Shown here piece after piece: positions 1-10,100 of a DNA stretch of 64,000 nt (position 1 is the stretch's first letter; every line of letters starts with the position of its first letter). Both the position numbers and the translations under genes were made by a program. The stretch is from Moniliella sp. 'wahieum' (Eukaryota). The notes under the pieces are model-generated. The model saw nothing but the letters and a program-made list of their open reading frames with translations. It was not told the origin of the DNA and did no database searches. The stretch is taken from positions 186,001-250,000 of the forward strand of contig RSEE01000071.1 of assembly GCA_003971905.1 (NCBI GenBank). Reading direction: 5' to 3'.

Positions 1-193
1 TAATTGCCGGTGCCTTCTTCTCTATGTCGGCTATGACACCACCCACTGGGCTCTGCATCATTCCCGTCTCCCTGCCTACCTAATGGAACTCAAGCGGTAC
101 CACCTTGAGCACCATTACAAGAACTACGAGCTCGGGTTTGGCGTCACGTCCAAGCTGTGGGACCTGGTGTTCAACACGCAATTCACTCCGTGA
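1..193 (+). CDS. SCS7: 3' end of sphingolipid fatty acid 2-hydroxylase (5'-truncated by window edge)
   Basis: Manual translation YVGYDTTHWALHHSRLPAYLMELKRYHLEHHYKNYELGFGVTSKLWDLVFNTQFTP*. It has two HxxHH-type histidine boxes and the GFGVTS..WD.VF.T C-terminus typical of Scs7/FA2H. Stop TGA at 191-193. Confidence 0.9.
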   Translation, partial: NCRCLLLYVGYDTTHWALHHSRLPAYLMELKRYHLEHHYKNYELGFGVTSKLWDLVFNTQFTP

Positions 194-1184
194 GAGACGT
201 CTGGTCCCAGAGTGTTTCCCTGGTCCGTCCATCGATAAACTGGACGGACGAAACGGGTGCTCTTTTTGTCCTGCTTGGTTTCTAAGATTCTGCTCTTGGT
301 TGCTCATGCCGCTATCGAATCAGGGACATGTGCTGGCGGTGGAGTGAGCCCTCCTTCTACTTCCGCCACCGCGTCTGGAGGCAAAGGCGCGGTCGTATGC
401 ATTGCATCGATAATCATGCTTGGCTTGCTTGGGAAATTGCGGTTGCTATGGAATTGATTCAAGTTAGATGTCGCGTTGCTTCTGTCCGCCTGCGTATGCG
501 ACGGGTCTGTCCACCATTCAGGTTCACTAGACTGAGCTAGGTTTCGGGCATTGGCCATTTTGGGGGCAGGGGGAGTACGGACTGTCGAGGTCCGGGGATG
601 AGGGAGAAGACAGCCGGGCGAGGATTGGTGAATCAAATGTTGTTCGATGCTTTATCTGCGTTGCCCCGATACCCAACAAACCCCAATTTCTAACTTTTAA
701 CCGGCCCCATAGTAGACTCGTGCCCATATTCCTCAACAACCTATCCTTCCACCGGCCGGATCGTCTTGGGCCGTTTTGTCTAAAAGTGGGACAGATCCAG
801 AGAGCACAATGTGCGACCCCACCTTCTCCCTGTCCGTCTCAAAACATCCACAAACCTAAGGCCTTAGGCCTCAGGGAGGCCTCAGGGAGCTCGATCACCA
901 TGAGCACACGATTCGGTTCATCGACCAAATCCCCTCATGCGACGGGCGACACAGAAGCCAGGACGAGGATGGTTCTGCGAACGGCTATGAGTGCACAATG
1001 GGAGGGGGAGGATGCGACTTCCCGAGGTGCCAAAGGGCTTTTTTACGGAGGTAGGGCTGGCCAATCTCACAAGGATAACGACCGGGAAGGACCTCAAAGG
1101 ACTGCAGTGCAAATAATACAACCACCCTGCTGACGCAGGGGAGGGGGTGCCGTAGTTCCATCGCAACAACTGGGACGATCACAG

Positions 1185-1760
1185 TTAGAAGCCAGGCGGG
1201 CGCAATCCTTCTTGCGGTTGCTGCCCCGCCTGCAGGGCGGGAGCACCGGGAGCACCGGGGGTACCAGGTGCCGAGCCCATCAGCGCCGATGCACCTGACG
1301 ACTGCCCGGCCATCTCACGCTCTTGCATCGCGAACCGCGCCTCATCCTCCACAGCCAACGCAACGGAAGACCAACAAGGAGGGCAGACGTCGTGAGCACC
1401 CAGGCGGCCCGGCCAGCGAGCGCTCCAAGCCCCCACGTAGTCGCCACCAGAGCGGCAGCAGTGTTGGAAATGGCACTGCGGGTGCTGGGAGGTACAATAT
1501 CCTTAAGCGCAGCCAGGCGCTCTCCCAGCGTCTCTTCCAACACCTCGTCGTCCGACTCGGCAATGGAACTCTAGGAGCGTGGCAGAGTGTCAGGTTGTCA
1601 CGGTAGGTTAAACGTTAACGTCCCAACGACAGGCCGGAGGGGAAAGGGCAGATTCCACACGTACCACATCGCTTCCCTCATCTTCCTCGTCTTCCCACTC
1701 GTCGGCGTCGGTGGAGGCGCGACGGAAGTGCTCATCAGTCGTCTCCTCGAGCTGGACCAT
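1185..1760 (-). CDS. TOM22: Mitochondrial import receptor subunit Tom22 (1 intron ~1571-1663; 1 frameshift)
   Basis: Acidic N-terminus MVQLEETDE..EWEDEEDE, then ETLGERLAALKDIVPP, TM segment AAWVLTTSALLVGLP(L)ALAVEDE, and C-terminus LRPPGF*. Intron reads GTACGT..CTGAC..TAG. Confidence 0.93.
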
Positions 1761-1930
1761 GACGGGCAGATGGTTGGAGGAGTGGGAAAGAATATATGGC
1801 TTCCTCCCCGCGCTCCCGACCGCGCCTTATTCCGCCCACCGCCCCTTTCCGCTGCTATCCGCAGGCCGAAAGGAGTGCCATTGATATTGAGCGTTGCGCC
1901 GCTTGGCCAAATATGGTAAGCATCACGTAA

Positions 1931-1991
1931 GCTCCCTTGACACTGCCCTGCTTTATTTGAGCCAAAAGCACCTGGCGAGGGGAGCACAAAG
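1931..1991 (+). ncRNA. Candidate H/ACA-like guide hairpin (possibly the 3' half of a 1864-1991 snoRNA)
   Basis: Lower stem GCTCCCTT/AGGGGAGC, an internal pocket, upper stem TGCTTT/AAAGCA, and ACA 15 nt after the upper stem. It lies within an intron-like GTAAGC(1916)..CTAAC(2014)..CAG(2043) segment. Confidence 0.3.
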
Positions 1992-3409
1992 TGTTCCTCT
2001 GATGCCATCTTCCCTAACCGCTTCCTTCCTCTATCCACACCAGACTGCCTCGATACGTTCATTCGCATACAGAACCCTCCTGACGTTATCCATTTCCCCC
2101 GCTTTGAAGCTTCACGAAGGTTCCTCATCTGACTATCGCCCCACCCCCCTCCATCCATCCAGCTACCTCCGGACTATAAATTAGTCTAGTTAGTTCATCT
2201 CGGTGGGCGTTGAACGTTGACGGCGGAGGAGAGCATGCGGCTTGAAGCCTCGCTGACTTGAATCTCATCGATCATCGACCGAGAGGTGGCCGCGGGGGAG
2301 TCCTCGTCCAGGGTGGACCCTCTGACCCTACCCGACATGATGATCTCCGCAAGGGCCAACACACCTACAAACTGTGGAATGTCTTTGAGCGACTTGATTG
2401 ACCTCGCTCAGGTTGAGCGCTATCATATATCATGCACTAAGAGATCATGGGGGGTGCCACGAGATGGGACCCGCCCCTGTAGTTTAGGAGTACAAACCCT
2501 TGATGGACGGCCTACCGGAGCCACATACGGTATTATGCCCGGTGAGCCGGAAAATGTGTGAGGGAGAGACTCTCTAGTTTGAGTGGCTGCCTGTGCCAGT
2601 GCAAAACGCCCGCAGCTCAGACCCTCAGAGGAAGGTGCAGCGTACGTAGGTCATCAGACCCGTTGAAGTGGGCCAGATACTCTGTGGGGTAACGGTTACT
2701 TAGTCGTTACCCCCGCCCTCGACGCATTGTAGTACTTGGCGGAATCAGACGGAGTCTTATTGAAGAGCAAGCGCTACCGAGAGTAACTGCGACTTGCAGT
2801 GTAAAACCGACGTGAGCCGCGTAGTATATTCGCGAAGAACGTAAGGGTGAGAACGTGAAAGGGCAGAAAGAGAAATGGAAAGGAACAAAGCAGGGCTGTT
2901 AAAACCGCGGTCCAGTGAGCTGCAGCAGGTGAAGAGTTCTGCCAAGGCTGGGCGCAATGGGAACAAAACATCGTCCGGATGACGAGCTCAAGCGATCAGG
3001 CGCGGCCATGGCGGGCTGTGGAGGATATCCACAGCACTGATGGATAACTTGTCCGCTGAGACACACTCTCGCAATAGTCTATAACGGTAATTGTGCGTCC
3101 GGAGAGAGCCGGAGCGCCCCGTAGCAAGAACACGGCGCCGTTTGCACTTATAACTGGCGCGGAAGGAGCGAGTGGTGTGCAGACAATGACAGGCGTCGTA
3201 CTACTACGAAGAGGCGCACAAGATGGTGGTGCTTATTAGTAGGCTGGGTTTAATAGCATTAACGTCAGGAAACGTGCACGGACCATTTCCAATCCCTGGA
3301 TTAGGTAACCCCACTGTACTGACTCCTCGGTACGCCACCGCCTCCTCGGATGCATAAGATGGCGGCAAGCAAGAGACAACCACGCCACGCAACGTGCAAG
3401 CGATTGGAG

Positions 3410-5620
3410 ATGCCCATGACCCTCGCCGACCTGCCCGACTCGGTGCTGCTGCTGTGCGTGATTCCGTGGCTGGACACCCAGAGCCTGTTGCGCGTGCGCG
3501 CCACCAACCACCGCTTCCGCCTCTTGGTCGACGACGAGAGCGTCTGGCGCCGCAAGACCATCACCGAGTTCAACTTCCCCCGCCACCACTGCACGCGCTC
3601 ATACCAGCAACTCGTGGCGCCTGCTCTACATTGGTCTCGCACGTACCAGGCCTTCCTGTGGGGTGCCAACAAGGAGTCATGGCGGGCCGGACCCGAGTCC
3701 CGCCTTGCGTTTGCCAACCTCTATGGCGCCCCGGAACTTGCCCTTGTGAACCCTTCGCTCCTGCAGGGCATCCCCATCCCGCTTCGTCTCGACCTCAAGC
3801 ACCCAGCAAGTGTGGGGGTCATTCCCTCTTCGTCGGAGGAACCTCAATATGGTACTCTTTCCTACCGCGATGCGGACGGGGACGAGCTCAAGCAGCTGGG
3901 CGTGCCCGTTGCTCTCACAGCAGGCGGCTTTGGATTCGCGGCCCTGACCAGCTCTGGTCGCCTTCTGGGATGGGGTAGACTGAGTCTGACTGGCGCCATG
4001 CTCGCCCGTCCTGTTGTGTTGGATACTGGGACTGGGTTTGGTTTGTCCAAAGTCAGCGAGAAGCGGGTGCGCACGATCGGAAGCGGCCGGGAATTTCTTG
4101 TGGCTCTCATGGAGGGGAAGATGGGCATGTTCTTCAATGGAGAGACTGGTCGGAGCCCGTGTTGGTACGGGATGCAGCGGGCGTACAATCGGCTGCTCAT
4201 CTGGAGAAGCTTCTGAGTAACCGCTCCAACCATTTCACCCTGGGTTTGGATCAGGCTGGACCAAAATCACCGGCCGAATTTTCTAGCAAGATTCTTCAGC
4301 TCGAGGCCGGATGGAACTTTTCGGTTACGCTGGTCTCAGTCCAGGCTCGGGAATCAGGCTCGGCGCCAAGAGAGATTGAGCGCCAGTTGTGGTTTTGGTG
4401 CCCGTCATGGGATCCAGTGGATTGGAGTACGTGTTTTCGCCTTGTGTTTCCATGGCCACTATGTCTGACTCTATCTCTTCCTCCTCTCCTCAGATGATGG
4501 CGAGGACGGGAGGACTGCATCGGCCGCCTTTGGTGCTTTCCAACTTCCCCGGTGCCCGACCTGGACGCCAACATGGCCACCCCGCTCGGGACAGAAGCCG
4601 AAGTAGTTGTCCAAGTTTCGGGAGGGGATGGGTTTGTGGTCGTGCTCACCTCTGCCGGGCGGCTGTTCCAACTGAATGTGAGCGGCATCGCCTCTTCCCG
4701 TACTCCCGATTTCAATCTTGAATGGTCGAGATTGGAGTTGTTTGATCAGATGGATTATGTCGCCGAAGCGCTCGCAACGTTTCCTGGTGTCCCTGAACGC
4801 GTGGGGACATCTCCCGCTCTCGCATCACACCATATTTCCGCTCACTTTTCCAACTTTGCTGCGTATAGCGTGCCGGTCACTCGCCCCAAGAAATTCAGCC
4901 TTGGTCTCCACGAATCGCTTCTTCTAGGAGAGAAGGTTTCCGATAAGGCAGAGGAGCACAATGGGTTTGTTCTGTTGGGAAAGGCCCAGGCCAACCACCT
5001 TATTCACCCTCTTTTTAAGGTCATCCCCGAGCTACAGGGAAAGGGGTGATTAAAGTTTCGTTCGGTGATTGGCACTGCGGCGCCTTGACCGATGCTGGCC
5101 AAGTTTATTGCTGGGGAGGGTGGCAGGATGGCGCGCTGGGTGTGTATGATACCTTTGCCATTCAAGAGAGAATGCTGTGTCGATTGAGGACCAGCTGCGT
5201 AGTATCCACGCTCGGCCGGACCGGCATGCTCTTGCGTCATTTAACCGGCTTAGGTCCCGCCTGGGCCACTTTCTACCTACCCCTCGTCAGCAGCATCTGA
5301 GGATGCGCGGTCCCCCGACGGGGTGGGCGTGGGGACGCGTAGTTTACCCCTCGGCGGAGCGGGACTCGTTGCTGCGGTTTCTGCTTCGCCGGTTGCAGCC
5401 GCGCACGATCCAATCCTCAGTGGAAGTTCCTACGCGCGTCTACTTTGATGATGATCTGGACCGTAGCACCTCCTTACCCCTCCCCCCCACGAAGCCGGGT
5501 AGCTTTGCGTTCGACATCGCTATGGGCGGTTGGCACTCTGGCGCCCTGGTCCTAGACCCGCCGCATGAAAAACTTCACTCTCCTGTCCAAGTGAACGAGG
5601 CGGAGACGGTGGTGCGTTGA
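3410..5620 (+). CDS. SAF1: F-box + RCC1/BLIP-II repeat protein (SCF-associated factor 1-like); several frameshifts; possible spliced extension to ~5995-6210
   Basis: N-terminal F-box LADLPDSVLLLCVIPWLDTQSLLRVRATNHRFRLLVDDESVW. RCC1 repeats include AGGFGFAALTSSGRLLGWG, LEAGWNFSV, VSFGDWHCGALTDAGQVYCWG and AFDIAMGGWHSGALVL. Confidence 0.8.
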
Positions 5621-6163
5621 GCCATGGTGTCTTCTCCCCGCTTCGTTTCTCCGCCTCCCTAACACCTTTCTCACTTCCCTTTTTTCCCTTCCTACAGTCT
5701 CCTGCCTTTCCCACCTCGGAGATCTTGCCCGCTACGATGGACACTCCGATCGATACTCTTTTATCTCCGTCTGAATCGTGCCTTTCTCCTCCCTTCCCTC
5801 CCGTTCCGAGGTGTCATCTCCCTCATCAGCAACGACTTCAACGGCCCCTGTGCACGCGATTTTCGACCAGAGCCCACGCCTCCGCCCGCTCTGACGTTCG
5901 AAGAGATGGAGCGGGTGGGCAACCGAGTATTTTGGGGCAGCATCGTGGCCGGGCTGTGCTTGTTTTTGGTCTATTGGGCGGATGGGGCGCGTTGATGCGC
6001 CGGTGGGGCTGCCTGCTGCGTTGCCGGCTGACGACAGCACCGAGAGTCCTGTGTGGCTCACCTTACCTTACTTTGTCCCTGTCGCGATTCCTTTGGCATT
6101 GTACCTCGTTATTGCCAGGTGGACAGGCGAACAATTCTTTCTCCATGCTTAAGCAGATGGCGC

Positions 6164-6184
6164 GGGGGGGGGGGGGGGGGGGGG
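6164..6184 (+). repeat. G21 homopolymer
   Basis: Run of 21 G directly visible. Confidence 0.95.
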
Positions 6185-8663
6185 CAGAAATTGAACCTAA
6201 ACCCGGGTGAAAATGCATTCATTCTGCGCCATGATGCTTGGTTTCTCATCTAGATGAAATCGTATATACTATACACACGTTGCGTGGTCATAATACGAAA
6301 GAACATGAGTGATCGGACGCACACGCTCCCCTGTTTCACTTGCCTGGGGGTTCTACGTCAAAACTAGACTAGCTCGTCTGAACGTACGTTGAACAGCTCA
6401 GCATGTACTCCGTTGTGTCAAAACGGTGGGTGTGTTCCCTTCGATCTATACGCAACCTAGATTGAGTCTCCCACAGGGAAACTGATGGTCCGCCTGTGGC
6501 TTAACCTTGATCCATGTTTTTACTTTTATCCTGCTTCGATTTATTTCTACTGCTTTGCTACACTGCATTCATAATGCTTACAGAGCGCAAGGCTCCGGGA
6601 CAAAGAGGCGCTGCGACTAACCGGCTCGCGAATCCGGCCTGTATTGCTTGTTTGTGCCACACCAATTAGAAACCAGTGCAGCGACCATGGAAAGCTATAC
6701 TATCAGCCATTGTCCGAGAGTTGAGTTGCCCACACGTGACAGGATCTGTCGGAAACTGTCATTATATACATGTATTGTCGTCCCACAACCTTCCCCACTA
6801 GAGTGGAAAAGCTCTACCCATAGGCTGGTCTTGCCCGTTTTCGGCCCGAATTCGCGATCTTGTCGCTTAAGGAGCCGACGCCCCATTGTCAGATTCGCCC
6901 CTTATTGATACTGATGTAGTAGTCCCTCAACGGAGAAGCGCTGAAGGGCGTGATATGCGAGCCCAGCGACACCGATGCTATCTATATTCCTGTCTCTGTA
7001 TGATAACGATGCACCTCCACGCCCCCATTCACCTCGACATATGGGCACAGAACGCTTCTGGTGGGAAGTGAGACCACGTTGTGCAACCCGTGACCAACCT
7101 CTTTGGCCACAGGAGGCTGGCCACTCTCATTGGTAACCACTGAGGGCCAAACCCTCAGCGTGACCATGCAGCTACCATCGGCAGGCAGCCACAGTGACTA
7201 GTGACGACCTTCCCCTCGGCAAAGAGCCCCCATTCTCCTCATTGCTCTGCACTCCAATAGCCACGCCGTCCCATACCCCCGAAGGACCGGATCTTGATCT
7301 TCCATGGTCACGCGGCAAAGATCGACGCCGTATGTGACGCAGGAAACCTCTTCTGATTCGGCTTGGGCATAACGAGGACAGAACCGACTAAGATGTGTTG
7401 TCTTGCTGCCACATGGCAAACCGCTGAGATTTACTGCTGGGCGCCTTCCCAAATTTCCGTATACATTCACTGTCTAGCATTCTTTTGAAATGCCGTGCTT
7501 TTCTTGGGCAGTCTGGATATCGCCGAACAACTCAATACCGTGGGTAACCCGTTCCCTTCTCCGACTTCAGCGGGATGGGTCCCGGCCGGCGAAATCGACG
7601 ATGATCCTGTTATCACTAATGGGAGTGGGGTCTGTGGAGTTGGCATGTCACTAGCATCCGTTTGGATAGGCCAACAGTATCCGGCCCATCAATAAATCAT
7701 GAAGGCGTTTGTGCGGATCAATTGGGTGCTACACCGGTTACGGATGCCAATTGGCACTACAGCGGCACTGTTTTTATTTTCTTCTTCTTCTCCTTCATGA
7801 GAATGCAGGTATGCAGTGATTGTTAGGACTTTACCACCTCCAACGCCAAGTTAGCTGCACAATAGAAGAAGACGTCGTTCCCTATAGGAAAAAGCTCCCT
7901 AACACATGGACCCAGTCCAGTCCGGTCGGTTTGCTAATCACGGGAAGACCCCCAAACCACTATGCGGCTGATATCAGGCCTGACTGACGTCCTCATGATC
8001 CCGTGTCATGCCAAGCAGATTTTCAATTGGTTTTGTTCTCTCCATGTTGCGACCTCCCTTTTTCCTCCGTTGCGTAAACTTCAATGGAAACTTTACTTGT
8101 ATTTGGCAGACGTGTCCAACCAGAGCGTGTTCACTTAGAGCTGTCAGTGCCGCCTGGGGCCAAGAGCCAGTTTCGTGCAACTGATGGTGGTACTCGATGT
8201 GGTTCGTGCTGAAATTTGTTTTCGTTTTCAACCGATGATGCCACTTTGAATTCTAGTTGATACTAACGATCACTGTGAGCTGTGTTTGTACAGATTAGAC
8301 AATTTCATTCGTACCATGCAATTCTTACCTCATGCTACTTTTGTCCATTGGTGACGCTGGGGAAAACCCTCACCTCTCGTTTGCCCTGGCAGTTCCTCTT
8401 GAACGTCCCGGACCTCCCTTGTTGGTCCCTCTTTTCTTGTCAGTAACATAGGCTATCTTTTCATATACATTCCCTCTGTTTGATTACCGAAATTGCCCAA
8501 TGGGGACATCGCCTTTGTGCAAGTACGTTGGTTAAGGATCATTCTTGCGCCCTCATCTTTTTCTTCCGAGTCTTGTATCAACTACCATGATCGTTAAGAC
8601 TCGGCTCCCTCTTTCGAGATGCCCCTCAGGTTTATGTCGATAGCTCCATCTACTCCACGTGCA

Positions 8664-8664
<1 letters not shown>

Positions 8665-8693
<29 letters not shown>
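8665..8693 (+). repeat. C29 homopolymer
   Basis: Run of 29 C directly visible. Confidence 0.95.
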
Positions 8694-8695
<2 letters not shown>

Positions 8696-8899
8696 ACCGA
8701 GCCAATCATAATCAAAGAGGGCAACAGAGAATATATGAGGTTGACAATACCGGGTCGTGCCTTACAACATGCATATGCACGTCTGCCCCACATCAACTTT
8801 GACATCTGACCTAGCATGGAAGATGCAATCAAGTACATCTACAGCTACGTCTACAACGACGACGATGGCACCAGAGATAATCAGAGGAACAATCTAACC

Positions 8900-10100
8900 A
8901 ATTCAGAGACTATAACAAAGAAGAGAACCGGGCGCATCAATTTTTTTCGCTTCTTATACTCTGGGCAGTAGGCGGGGATACGTCAACAACTGGCTCGAGC
9001 GAGTATTGCGCCTCGATAACGCAGCAGCGGGATGATGTTACAGTTTTCAACCATGGAAAAAGAACCTCTCTTCTAATATCAGGGTTTCCTACTTTACCGG
9101 CGGGCCTCTCCTCCACGATCCTACTACATTATTCAAGATAGCAAGCACAGCCGCATCTCCGGCCGTTACGTTTAAGCCAGCTGTTTTCTCTCTCCGAATG
9201 CGAATAACAGGAGCTGCTTGTTCTGACATCTATTGAAGTGATGATGGTGTAATGAGCATATTGCATAAGTGTCGAATGTCAGCTGGCAGCTTTTCCAGTC
9301 ACCAGTTCACCCCCAATGCAATGAATTCATCCACTTCCAGGTGAATCAAGGGTAACCGGGTTACAAATCTTTATTCGTTGGTCAGCACTGGATTCTTATA
9401 GTGCAGACAGCAGGTCTTTTTATATACACACCTTCTGACTCGGGAACAAGTCATAGCGCAAACATACGAACTGTGCCCTGGGGCTTAGGTGCAAGTACTT
9501 AACACCCCTTCTTCTGAGACCAAAGGCGTACGATAGGGTCCAAATATACACGATGAAGAACTGCAGTCACTGCAGCCAGGAAAATTGGCAACGGGGGCCG
9601 AACTTGAGATAATTGCCGATGCTGTTTGGGAATAATGTCAACAGCTCACTACTTCAAATGATATGCATCCGATTGTTTGCGGGTCGGCATAGCGACTCTC
9701 ACGGCATATGTATAGTGCTTTTACCGCTTCGCGCATTGTGATGTGGGCTGCAGATTATCCTCACTCAGAATAATGGAAATAGTTCCCTGTTAAATTGAGG
9801 AGAATGCCACCCAGGTCAAGGAAATTATTTTGTGCCCCGACATTGAGCTCTGCTTGCACAAGAATCGTTGCTCGTTTCTGACAGGGTAATGATGAACGGC
9901 ACACGGGAAATTCACTAAGGAGAAATTATTGGATTGTTGTTGAAGCTCGTCAGGGCGCGTCAGGTCGTTCGAAGGGAATTGTATTCGGCTTCCAACAAGG
10001 TAGGAAAATGACTTCCGCCTGGCCTCAATCCAAGCTTGTTCCTGGGGATGGTAAATATGAGCATTGCGTGAAGAGGTGCTGTTCTGTTCGCAAGCGTAAA
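8900..10100 (-). pseudogene. Degenerate spliced gene remnant, product unknown
   Basis: Intron-like segments 9622-9724 (GTAAAA..TTGAC..CAG) and 9369-9467 (GTATGT..GCTGAC..AAG). Protein-like fragments ATILVQAELNVGAQNNFLDLGGILLNL and LPLIHLEVDEFIALGVNW*LEKLPADIRHLCNML are interrupted by stops. Confidence 0.3.

Noticed and set aside
200..1180. Short ORFs between convergent SCS7 and TOM22 (e.g. 304-636 minus, 720-1133 plus)
   Set aside because: No recognisable motif or consistent gene structure. A small gene cannot be excluded, but I cannot support one.
2560..2760. GAGACTCT / GGAGTCTTA pairing resembling the RNase P/MRP P4 helix
   Set aside because: It lacks the GAAAG-bulged-U signature and the other conserved regions.
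7640..7670. QTDASD on the minus strand, reminiscent of the Ty3/gypsy RNase H TDAS motif
   Set aside because: No flanking RT, RNase H or integrase residues; a chance match.
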